Shown here piece by piece: positions 25,120 through 51,899 of a DNA stretch of 64,000 nt. The notes beneath the pieces were generated by a model that saw only the letters and a list, made by a program, of their open reading frames with translations, did not search any database and was not told where the DNA came from. This DNA is from Chrysomallon squamiferum. Lineage: Eukaryota; Animalia; Mollusca. Location: the NCBI GenBank assembly GCA_012295275.1, contig CM022672.1, positions 18,972,001 to 19,036,000 of the forward strand, given 5' to 3'. Position numbers and translations under genes: made by a program. Numbering within the stretch: the first letter of the stretch is position 1; every line of letters starts with the position of its first letter.

Positions 25120-28100
25120 AACAACAAAAACCACAAGATTTAAAAAAATATATATATAAAATTAAAAAAATAATAATTAAAAAAGAACCACTGACAGTTT
25201 AATCCAACCTAACCAATACTTTTGACTAAAACCAAAACCTACTGAAAACAACTGCTCTGTTGTTACTGCAAACATCTAAATTCATTAATCATGTGTCAGG
25301 AGGCTGTCTTGTTTCTGTCTCGTCATTCTTCTGCAAACAAACATAATTAGACAATCAGCAAATTCTAACAAGCTCCGTCCACCTTACCTCCTCAAGACTG
25401 ACCCATGGGCGAGATGGACAACACGAACAAAGAAAGCAAAATGGGACAAACAGTCGGGTTTGAAATAATTGTTGAAACTGAAGATGGTCTTGGAGATAAA
25501 GATGTTATCAGTCGGCGAATCGTCCCTAAAGGCATAAACAAAATCTGGTGTTGTTTGCAGCGTCCAGTAACTTATTAATGCCATGTTTTGTGAATACAAT
25601 TACGTTATGGAAACTTTGTTCACATTCTATGGTGTGTGTTGTCTGTTGATGTGAAGGATGAGCTAAAGTTAAACAACAGGGGTAATATGAAAGGTTTAAG
25701 GGTTTTGGGGTTTAAAGCCATGATGGTTTAAACGATATTCAGAGTCGTTGTAGTGAGGTACAGAGTAGTCTAATGAATAAAAAATAAACGTACATAAGAA
25801 CGTGTGTATATAATATACGTACGTTTATAGACATACATACATACATACATAGACAAGCAAATAGATACATATATTCGTAGGAAGGTCTATACATAAATTC
25901 CATACATATTTACATACATAGAGGCACATAGATTATATGTGTGCATACATAGATACATACATATATACACATACATACATGGACAAGCAAATAGATTCAA
26001 ACATATATACATAGGAAGGTCTGTATATAAATTCATACATATATACATACATAGAGGCACAAAGATTATATACGTACATACATATATACACATACATGCA
26101 TGCATGCATGCATATACATATACACACAGACACACATACAAAGGTACCTATATTCGTACGCACACACATCTATTTATGCATCCACACATATATACATATG
26201 TACATACACAAATAAAGTACTACTAAAGAATGAACGAAATACTTTATAAGGCTTGAGGATCCACGTAATTAACATACATTTGGCTGCTGCTGTTATTTAT
26301 TTAATGACTTTGCTTAGGAATGTGAATCGGTTCCTGGTGAAAAAAAAAAAAAGAGTACAACTTAGTGTAATTATTCTGAAAAGACATCAAAAAAAAAAAA
26401 AAAAAAAAAAACACCCATTAAATTTTGTATCTCTAGAGAAACTGGGGGTAATCAGCCGAAATCATTGTCGTATACAGTTACGAATATATATTATTTGTAG
26501 ATAATATAAAGAGCTTAGGTGGCAAAAGGGACATAGATCCTTTTCTGACAAAACTGAATTTTAATACAGTGACTGATGATGGTTAAACATTTCTTCATGA
26601 TGACAAACCTAATTAGTTATAAAATCATGGACATCCAACATTAAAAGACCAACTGATTTTTTACTGATAGAGCAAAAGGACTTATATACTTTTCTGTTTT
26701 TTTTTTTTTTTTTTTTTCCCCGTTTTCTTTAAAATTATAAATGATCTATAAGCCCTTTTGCAAACAAACTCTTCATTATATACATCTATTACAGACACAC
26801 ATTCACATATACGAAAACACACACACACATACACACATACTCTGGCATATCTGTATACAGTTAGTTAGTATCATTAATCAAAACTATAACAACAATTAAA
26901 ATGTTAACGTCGAGGCCTCTAGTTACAGAGATAACAACCTGTCTTCCACAATGATAAAATGCACGAAACATTTGGCCCACAGCTGTACATTTCCAGATAA
27001 TAAGTATCATTTTATTGTTCGAACATAACCAGCTCTAGAGATACCGCTATTAACCAAGACGACAGGATAAGCCAAAAGGCAAATTCAATTTTAACTGTTG
27101 CTTATTAAATGTGTTGGCCTTAAGGTATTTCTCTTTTTTTTTTTCTTTTTTTTTTTTTTTTTCACCCGTATATCACCGAATGCGGAGACGACTCGATATT
27201 TTCTCACGAGAGATTCTGATCAAACTGAATCATGAAGGCTATGATTAGCAGATATAGATAAACATAAAAAATCGGCACAATAACGTAAACGGACGTAATG
27301 GGAGGTAACTCTATACGACAATAAAACAATTATCACGTTGTAAAAACGGGGAAATGATCCGTATCAGTCATTTTTTAATAGCGTGCGAATTTATTTCTGA
27401 CTTTTTCGGATTTTATATATAATATTGTATTACGAAAATAAATCAATTGCATTGCACATTAATAGTTTTTTTAATTGCTGCATCCAAGCCATTTAAATTT
27501 TTGCGGCTTCAAAAAACAAACAACATTCTAATAAGTGCTGTATCGTCTTCGGGAAGGTTCATGCCAAAGATTCTTTGCTGCCAGTCGATAGGAATAGCCT
27601 ATATTTAAAGCCGCTATTTAATATACCACTCCTGCTGTTTTTATATATCATTAGTGTTGTATGTAACTGAATAAACCGAATAAACTTATTGCTGGAATTG
27701 TGTCTTTGGTTATGGTTATAACTACCACCACTGCTGTCATTAAATACATAAACAATATATTACTATTACCAGATTTAATATTACCGCTATTATTGCATCA
27801 TCACCATTACTATTATAACATTTCTGCTATCGGGACTACTAATACTATTGTTTTATTTCTATTGTAGTCTAATTCTACTACTGTTACAACTGCAACTGCT
27901 ACTACTACTACTACTTCTGCTATTACTTCAACTGCTACTACTACTACTTCTGCTATTACTGCAACTACTACTACTATTATTTTACTACTACTAATGCTGT
28001 TTTATTATTGCTATTACAGCTACTAATACAACTACTACTACGTCTATTACTGTCATCACAAATCATTTACGAACAGTTTACAAATGCTACGAAAACCGCT

Positions 28101-29739
28101 GATCAACTTTTAAATACGATTTCTATCTGTTTGTCGTTTGAAGAGAACATAGAAAATTAAATCGACGCCAGAGGGAAAGCGACTTGTTGTACAAAGTACT
28201 CAAGATTAAAGGGATTATAACGTACTTATGTTTTGTTTGGAATGTACACGGTTACGAGACCATTCAGTACACTGTGCACATTGTCCTGTGCGGACGACAC
28301 AGTATCTACCCGCTGAGCGGAACAAATATCTGAAGAGTATTGGTTATCAGTCGATCGACGCCATTGTGCCACGTCAGACCTGCACAGTGTCACCTAATGA
28401 ATGCAGTGACGCAACAGAACGATTGCAGATCATTACTTTCTTATCAAATCTACATAAGGGTTCATCTGTTTCAGGACGGCCAATTGCACTTATCCTGTGA
28501 TCTCAGCCGCTCTGCGCTGGCTTCTGGGAATTGACAAAGTGCGACATGCAGTGAACACAGACATGGACGCTATTACTTTCGCAACATGCCCATCCACGCA
28601 CGCAGATCAGAGAAAACCAAGCCAAAGCGGTGTCCATTAACGAGTCGATAGTAATTGTAATGCGATAGGGAAAACAACAAGAAGGTGCAAGCCTAAAGCG
28701 ACATCAACATTACACAATAAATAATAAACAGTATTAAAGGTGTAAAAGAGATGCAGGCAGGTGAGCAGCCACAAAGAATTACCATGACAATGGTCGGGTA
28801 GAACAAAAAAAAAGAAAAGAAAAGATTAGAAAAAAAGGTTTAAAAATTAGAATTAAATAAAAGAACATGAAACAAAAAATAAATGAATAAATGACAGACG
28901 CACGTATCTTTACATATGTATGTCACAATATAATTCAAACGAGTTTGAGACAATATTTAAAACCTATACACGCACATATAGATAAATACGCACATAAAGA
29001 GACATACAAGACATATAAGACACTCAACCAAGCATATACACACATCTTAAATACATTTACTAATTCTGAAATAATATTTTGAATTCTAACGTTGAACCTG
29101 GAAGAAAATAAAGAAGGGTTATGCCTTGTTTCAAACATGATGATATCTTCTGATAATCGTTATGTATGAATCCCACACTGGCAATTAATAATAGTTCAAA
29201 AAATATGTTGACGAGATCTCGTTAAATATCTTTTCAATGAGAATTAGCTGGGTTGAAATGTAAGCACATTTCGAATGTACGTCAGTGCGTGGATCTTTCA
29301 TAAAGACTTTCATAGAATTTAAATTAAATATCAGTCTGACTGTGGCACACGAAATTAGATTGTCAGAATAGACAAGGTAGAGAAGTCAGATGTATACGTA
29401 TTTGTAAATCTGAAATTTATGGCTACTTTTTGTTTATTTTTAAGCAGTGATACATAATAAGAATGGATGTCATCCTAACATGAGCACTGAGTAACCTAAT
29501 GTAAATCAAATATCCACTCAAATAAGGCAAGTTACCATCAGTTTTTGAAAATAGTTTGTATTTTATTTGTTTTATGGGTTTTTATTATTATTATTATTAT
29601 TACTATTTTTTTAAATCTATATTTGACGAGACTAGACTTGTTTCAGCTTAAGCTCAGTCATAAAACGCGTAGGAAAGGAAAAAAAGAAAGAAAAAAAAAC
29701 AGAAAATCAGAACCCAGAACAATCTGATAAAAGTCAAGA

Positions 29740-30790
29740 TTGAAATAAGGATCTGTTATAAAAGATATAATTAGCCCGTTGTGTTTAACCGCTGATGCCG
29801 AATGATACAACCGAGCGTGAACGTCACACAAAGTTCGCTTTCCAAGAACCGCATAATTCGCAAATTAATGCGACGGACTGAAGCAATTTTGGCCCAAACG
29901 GTGTAATTTCACCGTTTGTAGATTGCATTTCTGAAAGCAATAATTCACTTTTAATAAAACACCATATCCCCAGCCTGACTGCTTAATGCTATATTTGGTA
30001 ATCGGAAGCAGACGATGAAAAATAATAAACAGCAATGGAAATAGATGGACTTAGTGACAACTCCGGACGCCGGAAGTTTTTCACCACAACAGCTCGGCAA
30101 GATACGTAGACACTTTTTCAATCTAATATTTTAATTTTCTCGCGATCTTCGATTGTCACGGTTGGAGACGTTCTATATACGACCCCTTAGCTCAATTTAA
30201 GAACAAAGATCGTGACGTAATCTGTCAACGTCATGGCGCGTGCGAGCTGAACGTTTTTATTGGACCGGTATTAGCCTATTCAGCCACTCAGCGGGCAGTT
30301 TCAAATAAATGCGGAATTCATGGACGACAAATTTATTGTTCGCTGCATAAGCCTCATTTACTTCGATAATTCGAAATTGAAAATTTATTGCTTCTGAGAA
30401 GTAATGGAAAAATCAATTCTGAACTAATAGCTTGCGGATTCGATGGCAATTTCACATAAATTGATTGTAGAAATTGCTAAGGAAATTTCTGTGATTTATT
30501 TAGCAATCGGCTAATTGTGTGTGAGACGTTTTTCCTGAAAGTTGGATTGTCTTTAAGTACAGAAATACGTGCACCCGCCATGTAGAAACAATTTGCTCAC
30601 CAGAATCAGATCCAAACAGGAAACACAGAATTTTCTGGTCGTAAAACGTGCAGACTAAACTGGTATCGGGATCTCTCGTTCATTTAGATCAAATGACATG
30701 AAAATGGCCCGGCGTACTGTCTGAAACCCGATATTCAGAAAAAAACCTGGCTATCGCTGTGACTTTATGGACAGTTTCAATAATAAACGT
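29740..30790. promoter_or_regulatory. Candidate cis-regulatory region upstream of Msx
   Basis: About 1 kb of repeat-free, CpG-retaining sequence rich in TAAT, TTTATTG and CCGGAAGT cores; no credible ORF. Confidence 0.4.
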
Positions 30791-30930
30791 TAAATTTATG
30801 ACTAAACATTAGGGGAAAATAATCATTCAGAATTATACACTTAATAATGTTCATGTGAGAGAAAACGTTCAATGCATTTATGTGTTTTTTGTTAGCTTTG
30901 GTTATTTTACACACACCAGCAGTCTCTCAC

Positions 30931-31005
<75 letters not shown>

Positions 31006-31519
31006 CTTTCTCTCTCTCTCTTTATCTGTTTCCCTCCCTCCCACTCAAATACACTCTCTCTCACTCCTAGTTTTCCTTCTCTGTTTTAATTTTGTCTTTC
31101 TGTTAATTGCATTCCAACATGCTCTCACTCTCTGTCACACACGCACAAACACATACAAATAACAAACATACAAATATAGAGACGCACATACATGCATATA
31201 TTAAATAAATAAATAATTAATTACGACATACATTAATAATGTCAAATAAACATCTATTAAATAATATTTAAAAAAATAAGCAACTAATATACGTATATCA
31301 AGCAATAAATAAATGCTTGGTAATAATTAAAGAATAAACATGATACAAAAAAAAAAAAGTATTAAACAAATGAAATAAGAAAAAATAATAAATAAAATAA
31401 TATGTGATGAGAACTGATGATAACATAAAAAATGAAATGAATACACGCACACTGACACACACAAAGCACACACACGCACACGCACACGCACACACACACG
31501 CACACACACAACACACACA

Positions 31520-31870
31520 TTACACGTGTGTGTAGTAGTTAGTGTATGCTAAATAATAAAGAACTGATAAAACACCAAACATCGAGTAATAAAAACGGGC
31601 CCACACCATGAGAACTGAAGTGCAGTTGCCTGACACAAAACACATGGTGCATACACGTGTCCGAGTCACAAATTTAGTCATCACGTGCAGCGACCTCTAT
31701 CAGTAGGACCTTAACTTCCGGTAAAACACCGGAAACGAAATTCTTCCAGACCATGGCACGTGCAATAATTTGTTAAATTATGTGGAAACGGACTGGCACA
31801 ATTAGATTTACTTGTGCTAACCCTGGCAGCGGCTACAATAATGAGAGATCTCTACAATCTTAGTGTTTGA
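31520..31870. promoter_or_regulatory. Candidate bHLH + ETS enhancer
   Basis: Four CACGTG E-boxes and an inverted pair of ETS-type CCGGAA cores within about 240 bp. Confidence 0.45.
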
Positions 31871-32005
31871 AAATACACCTTTTGTTAGAGCTATGTTTCA
31901 TTCATTCATTCTTGTTAGCCGTCATTGTTACCGTGAATAAAGGAAAAAAATAATGAATTTTGTTTTTCAGATAAAGTAAAATATTTTTGTTACAGTCATG
32001 TATAA

Positions 32006-32071
<66 letters not shown>

Positions 32072-32162
32072 TAATAAAAGTAATAATATACTAGTAATAG
32101 TTGTAGTAGTTATAGTAATAATAATAATAATACTAAAAGTAATACGAATAATAATAATAAAA

Positions 32163-32195
<33 letters not shown>

Positions 32196-32267
32196 GTAAT
32201 AATATACTAGTAATAGTTGTAGTAGTTGTAGTAATAATAATAATAATACTAAAAGTAATACGAATAA

Positions 32268-32323
<56 letters not shown>

Positions 32324-33079
32324 GAAATAAAACATGCCACGACTAAGAAGGAGAAAGAAAGAAACAAAAGAGATATGTAAATCAGCGAAGGAAAGGTAAT
32401 TCAGCGATAACTTAGAAATGACGATTCATATATAAAACTATGGTATTAAAAAGATTCAGTAACTTTTCTTTCTAACTAATATTTAGCTTTGAACAAACAC
32501 TACAAGAGGATTTTCAAATACTATGTGCTCAGATCTCGTTCATTAAGTATTAAATGTCTGTCTTTTACATAGAATGTGCTCTGCAGTTTGAGAGGTGAGT
32601 ATAAGTAATCCAATGCTGTTATGAAAAAAGGTGCTTCACAACAGCTAGCTCTGATTAGCACGTTAATTGTTTTTCATTCATATGAAACAAATGGTTTACG
32701 TTTTCCACGAAGACTGTTATATATGTTAGATATACCAGTTTGATTTTAGGAACACAGAACAAGAAGAAGAAGAAGAAGAAGAAGAAGAAGAAGAAGAAGA
32801 AGAAGAAGAAGAAGAAGAAGATGAAGATGATGATGATGATGATGATATTTAATTTCAGTTAACCGATGACAGAAAACTAATTCGGTTAAATTCTGAAATG
32901 AAATAAGAAAATCTAACAGTTAGTTCTTTTACCGTTATGAAGATACAGACAGTGAACTTTTTTTTTTTTATATAAAATCCTATAAATCAGTATACAGAAC
33001 TTCAAATACGATTATAAAAATATTAAAACTATGCACTGTTCTGATCTACAATAAATTAACTGGATAATATAATTGTTTT

Positions 33080-33700
33080 TATCTTTGGTTGTCATCGTCC
33101 GTTAATAAGCGGAAGTTTCAGTCTAAAACGTCCTCACACACTGCACATCCTGTTGACGACTGCTAATTACGCTGCAACACGTTGAGGACATTCATCATGA
33201 ACACACCTTGCGAGTCTCTCGCAACGACCAGAAACCGGACAAAACAGTAAACTGTGAAGTCATCCAATACCGAAGTGTTGTTATCAAATATTGTTTCTGT
33301 CATAATGATGGATAAAGTCATAAAGAGTTTCGACAACTCCGCTCGGTAATCATCCTTCCCGCCAGGTGTCGCCCTAACTAATTGAGCAGAAACATTATCT
33401 AGCGGTTTCAACTAGGCGTAAAATTAATTTGGCGCATCAGATCGCCATTTTGTCCGTTGTCGGGCATCTGCTTGACGTGCACGAGGAGGTGGGCGAGTGG
33501 ATTCTGATAAGATTACCCATCGCCCGTCTGAGCTCGGACAATTAAAAAGTCCCATCGCAAAAACGCGTTCTCAGGGACGACGGATATGAAGGGAGAAAAC
33601 CGTTCAGTGGCCTTTTGGAGCACGTTAAGATTTTAATAAAGATTTCTCAGACTGTTCAGCGATCTGCCAGGTCAAAAGTTAACTCCATCACTTTTCCTTT
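33080..33700. promoter_or_regulatory. Candidate proximal enhancer of Msx
   Basis: CpG-rich island about 3.5 kb upstream of the Msx ATG with CTAATTG, CTAATTA, CAATTA and CGCCATTTT. Confidence 0.4.
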
Positions 33701-36099
33701 CTTTTCCCATCCTTATCCGCCTATCCATCTATGCGACAGTCCGTCTATCCACGTATACCACACGTCGTACGTCCAGTCACCCAGTCACCCAACCTTGCAG
33801 CCAGTCAACCAGTCACCCGAACCCGTTCAGTCATTAAAGCGTCGTACCGTCATCGTTTATCCGGGAGTACTTCTTCTACCTATTCTTCTATTCATCAATA
33901 AAAACTGGCTCGATAACTTGAAAGTACTCTCAAAATAAAAGGCTATTTTTTTTTGTACTATTTCAAATGAACTTAGGTTTGCGTATTTGGTCAAAAATTC
34001 ATGTAATAGGTTTTTTTTTTCATTTCATTTTTTAATTATGAAAGATGTAATATTTTCAGTATTAATGTTCTATTAGAACTATCTTAAAAATTCATGGTAA
34101 TTAAACATTTCATAAAAGGGGCGCTGATTTTGGATTTTCGTAACAAAGGCACTCATTGCAGTGGTAGGTGCCTATTCCAGACGAAATTACTTTAATTATA
34201 GGGAAAATATCGTTCGACAAAACTTTCGCTGGATTCTCATTACAAATTATGAATTTTGTTTTTTTTAAATTGGTTTTTTATTTGTTTTAAATTACGTATA
34301 AATAAATTATTTATGTTCTTGAATCTCCAAAAGGATTTCAAATGTTTGCAGTAGTTCTCAGAAGAAATGTTAGAAGTTTTTATCTGCAACGTATTAGAAG
34401 CGAGAATTCTCTTATATGTATTAACCCATTCGAAAAATAAAAATAACAACAAATAGTGTATCTATTCTCTTTTCTTTTTCTTTTCTGTATTTTTATTACT
34501 TCTATCAGTTTTTTTAATTAGTAATATTTAAAAAAAAAAAAAAAAAAAAAAAACCCAGACATTTCGTACTTTTGATGACATTTTTTTCGTTTTGTATAAA
34601 TATTTACGATTATGCTTCACTGTTGTACAGTTGGAATCTAGAATTCAGAAACCCAACGAAACATTCTTTACTGATTTGAATACTTTACACTTTCACCTTC
34701 AAAGATTAACATCATTCGCATTCAATTACTAATAGAATAAGAGTTATTACTTGAAAAATAAAACAAAATTACAATTTCCAAATAATTAACATAAATTATA
34801 ACGAGCCTTTTTAATAACCATAATAATTGGAAAACATCTTTTTTTCCCCCAACCTTTTAAAAACAAATTTATCGTACTGTTTTTATTTCAACAGCTAAAA
34901 TATATAGTAATGGGATTTATAATTAAACATTTTTAATATTTTTTCTTCTATTTTAGTTTATTCATTGTTTTTTAAACTGTGATGCTGTGTCTGCAATCCT
35001 ATTGGAATAACTAAGTATACTCAGTTATTTAGCCGCATAATGTTACTCGGATTTATGAAAAATTTAAATCACTATGAATAATATTATAAATCATAGGCAG
35101 AGATAAGAAATTAAGTGTGATATCTGCGATAACATATTCATGAGGACTCTGCACGTTATTTTATACCGATTCATGAAATTATCTGCTTCGTATATAGAAA
35201 TGTCAACAGAAGTGTATTAGCTTAAATATTACATAATGTGTATTGTGCGTGTCTATGTGTGTGTGTGTGTTTTGTGTTTTGTGTGTGTGTGTGTGTGGTA
35301 AGTGTACAGTTGTAGACATCTCTCTTTTTTCTTTGTATCTATGTATAATAATGTCATGTATCAAATATTACCGAACTCTTGTGAATATGATAAACATTAA
35401 AATAATAAAAAAAACATAAATGTAATATTTTAACGCAATACTTTTTATTTCTTGACTGTACTATACAAGTAATGAACAGTATGTCATGTTCGCTGTATTT
35501 TATTTTTTTTCTTCAAAAAAGTCCATATTCAGAACTTACTTGAATTCAGGCTAAAACGCTGGCAATTTTGGCTGTTGTGTTCATATGTGAAACAAAATAA
35601 AATATTATCTTACTCAACCAAAGTATATTATTTACTTCACTGAGTACGGTTGTTAAGTTCGTGTAGTTCGAAACAAGAAAACCAAGTGGATTTTTGTATT
35701 AATGATTTTTTTGTGTGAATATTTTACCTGATATATTTTTTTGTTTGCGGAAATGGCTGACAGTAAATCAGTGAAACATTTCCAGTGAACCGAGACAAAA
35801 GAAGAAATAAAAAGTGAAACAGGATAAAGAAACAGATTTCGATCCCTCGACTTTAGCTCTCTTATAATTATTTATACAAAGCCTGGAATTAAAAGGTTTA
35901 TTTTATTGTTGTTGTTGTTTTTTTGCTTAATTTTTTCCTTTGTTTTCGTTTAAATAATAACATATAACACAAAAATGGATATCTCTGATATTAAGTCCCC
36001 CTCCCTCTCAAAGAAAATAATTATTTTTGAAAAAAAAAAAAAAACAACAACAGAAAAAAAAAATATATAATTACAATATCATTAATCATTATAAACATC

Positions 36100-36850
36100 G
36101 AAAAATCCTGACGTTCGTGGGTAATATCGTCTCGACAAACTCTTCTCTTTGATAGCCTCTATGAGAGACTGGCCATCGTAATTATTTAACCTCTTTTCTT
36201 TTTCCTTTTTTTATTTTTTTTTTTTTTTTTTTATATATATATAACCTGGGTGGATTGCATCTGTAACGACGAATGTACCGGTTACCCTTGCACTTCGTCT
36301 TCACCCACCCCGTTCGTTTCGCCAGAGCCCAACGACTGGCGCCGAGAGTCCATTTTCCTCTGGCGTTTATTGGCGAGCGCGCTCAACCCCCAAGAGTATC
36401 GTTACCCCCCACACCAGCGCGACTGGCTGTTAAATTGATCGCCTCAAGACGCGCCGAACAATGACGCTCCCAGCATTGTCAAGAGAGAGAGAGAGAGAGA
36501 GAAAAAAAAAAAAAAAAAAAAAAATGTCTGCGGCTAATGTTCGGCGAGAGGCGTGCCCCTCGTCTGTCGCTTAACTGCGGCTTCTTATCTGTTTGTTAAT
36601 TAATCGCCCGTTCAATCAGCTAACAACAATCGGGGTCAATTATTCATTCATGGCGCATCAACACGTCTTTTTCCCAACGACCCCCACATTTTACAGCCGC
36701 AGCTAACCGCCAATCATCGCGTTCTCCCCACTGGCTGTGACGTCACATCCGTGAATAAGAAGCGACCGAAATGAGCGTAATATAAGATGCCACATAATAA
36801 TGTGGTAGAATTTTTGTACACGTTTATGTGAAAGCAGGCTCGTGTATGGT
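36100..36850 (+). promoter_or_regulatory. Msx promoter region
   Basis: GC-rich segment immediately upstream of the ATG: GGCGCC 36338, CCAAT 36710, palindromic CRE TGACGTCA 36738, TATA-like TATAAG 36781, in canonical order. Confidence 0.65.
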
Positions 36851-37075
36851 TTAAAGGGATTCGGTGTTCTTTTTTTTTGTTCTTCTGAACTTCGTTTCTG
36901 GTTGTTGTTGTTGTTGTTTTTTTCAACCCACCACCACCACCACTTATTTATTTGTTTACAGTTCTTTCTTTCTTTTTGTTTTTTAACAGAGGAAAACAAA
37001 AATATATAACTGTAATAATAATAATAATAATCATAATCATCATAATTAACAGAAAAAAAACAAGAGAAAAACAAA

Positions 37076-49769
<12,694 letters not shown>

Positions 49770-49977
49770 GATTGTAATTATTATGGTTGATTTTTAATTT
49801 TTAATTTTTTTATTATTATTATTTTTTTAATATTTGACTTTGACAAAGTGTCAGACATTACATGTGTTTGCAAGAGAGAAGTGAATAATTAGAAATGTTT
49901 CAATTTTAGTATCAAATCTGCGCCATGTTGAAGACTGAAACAATTGCAGTATGTTGTTGTTTTATTGTTACTATTAC

Positions 49978-50023
<46 letters not shown>

Positions 50024-50205
50024 TTTTAGCAGATGTTACGCAGACTGTTTTTAAAAACAAAAAGTGTCATTTAAATAATTTATTTTAATCTGTTCAAATT
50101 TCGTGCAAATATTTATCCGTTGTTTTTGAATTGTAAAAAAGTAGGATGGTAAAGAAAGTGAATGAATGTGTGTGTTTCTGTGAGTGTGTATGCGTGTGTG
50201 AGACT

Positions 50206-50250
<45 letters not shown>

Positions 50251-50430
50251 TGTGTGAGAAAGAGAGAGAAAGAAACTGATACATTGTGCACTTGTATTTA
50301 TTTTAGCGTTACTGTCAAACCCTCACTGTTAATGCTTAGGACATATAACTTCCATTTTAAAAATGGTTACTGCAGTTTTGTAAAAGTGCTGATGGATGTG
50401 TAAATCTACATGGCCAGTTATCTGTTTGTA

Positions 50431-50436
50431 AATAAA
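50431..50436 (+). terminator. Candidate Msx polyadenylation signal AATAAA
   Basis: AATAAA about 660 nt after the stop; another lies at about 50569. AT-rich background makes this weak. Confidence 0.3.
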
Positions 50437-50466
50437 CAAGTCAAAAGACTCTAATACTACATTGGG

Positions 50467-50518
<52 letters not shown>

Positions 50519-50584
50519 TTTATGTTTTCAGTAATAACAACAACAAAAAAAAACAAGAAGAAGAAGAAAATAAAAACACTTTAA

Positions 50585-50616
<32 letters not shown>

Positions 50617-51750
50617 TAACCACAGTGAAAGAATAATTAAAGGAGGTATTATTTATTTTCTACAGTCGATATATATATAAAAAAATATGCTTTCAAGAGT
50701 TTAATTTTATGTTAAAAACATTTATATCACAAAGTCATTATAAATATCGATATTTAGATTGGGAACTCCATATTAAGTCAAGATTTTAATTTTTATACGT
50801 TAAAAAAATATTTATTATTTAAATTTGTTGTAAATATCGAAGTTTAACGATATTAAGTCAAGATTGTCATTCTATACGTTAACAGCACACGTCGTCATAA
50901 ATACAGTCGACAGGAGTGGTAAATAAGTATATGGGAATTAAGTCTTAATAACTTGGCTAATTCCTGACTTAAAAGCCGCTATAATTTGGCTTAAAATCCA
51001 CTATCATTTAGCACAAAATACACAATCATTTCAATTTTAAATCCCCTTTAATCTGGCCTTAAAGTAAACCATGAAACACTCACGAAGTGAAATTTTACGA
51101 GCAGTCTAGCTGTGCGTGTTGTTGTCTGGTTTTGTGTTTTTTTTTTTTTTTTTTGTTATTTTTTTTTTTTTTTTTTTGGATGCAGCTGCGGATAATTTCG
51201 ACAGAGAGAAATATTATTGCCGCGCTGTCAGTTTAATAATTCCAGAAAGCAAAGTTATCCTGTTTTGAATATTTAATAATACATGTGTTAATGACAGTAG
51301 TTAAACGAGGAAATTACGGGGCAAGCTGAATTATTTTTTTAAATAAATGTTTTTTTTTTTTTTTTTTTTAATTCACTATTTTACTTACATTTTCAAAGAA
51401 TCTGAATCTTTAATGGTTGTTAATTTACATTTTGTTAGGTTGGCTGTCAGAGAGATTATTTTGGGACACACTTACTGATTTGTGTTGATATAATTCTTCA
51501 CGACGAATGAAGCGTTAATATTTAATAGATTCTCTCTTTCCTCGCAAGTTTTTCTTTCTGTCAATCGTCCTCTCTTTTTCCCAAACTCTCTCTCTGTCAA
51601 CTTTTTCAATGTTTGTGTTTGAAACGATGATGTAACTGACTACGAATTGAAACTGATTAATTATTTCAAAAAAAAAAGAAAAAAAAGAAATCATGATATT
51701 TTTGCGTGATTTATTTTCTGTCGCTTTGCTTTTAGACATCTCTTTATCGC

Positions 51751-51880
<130 letters not shown>

Positions 51881-51899
51881 GTGCCCAGGATTATTAATG

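Noticed and set aside
33163-33411. 82-aa minus-strand ORF in a GC-richer island
   Set aside because: Non-ATG (TTG) start, no recognisable domain or clear splice partners; better explained as regulatory DNA, though not excluded.
35833-35855. Short resemblance to the T-arm of initiator tRNA-Met on the minus strand
   Set aside because: Only about 15 nt; no A-box or other arms.
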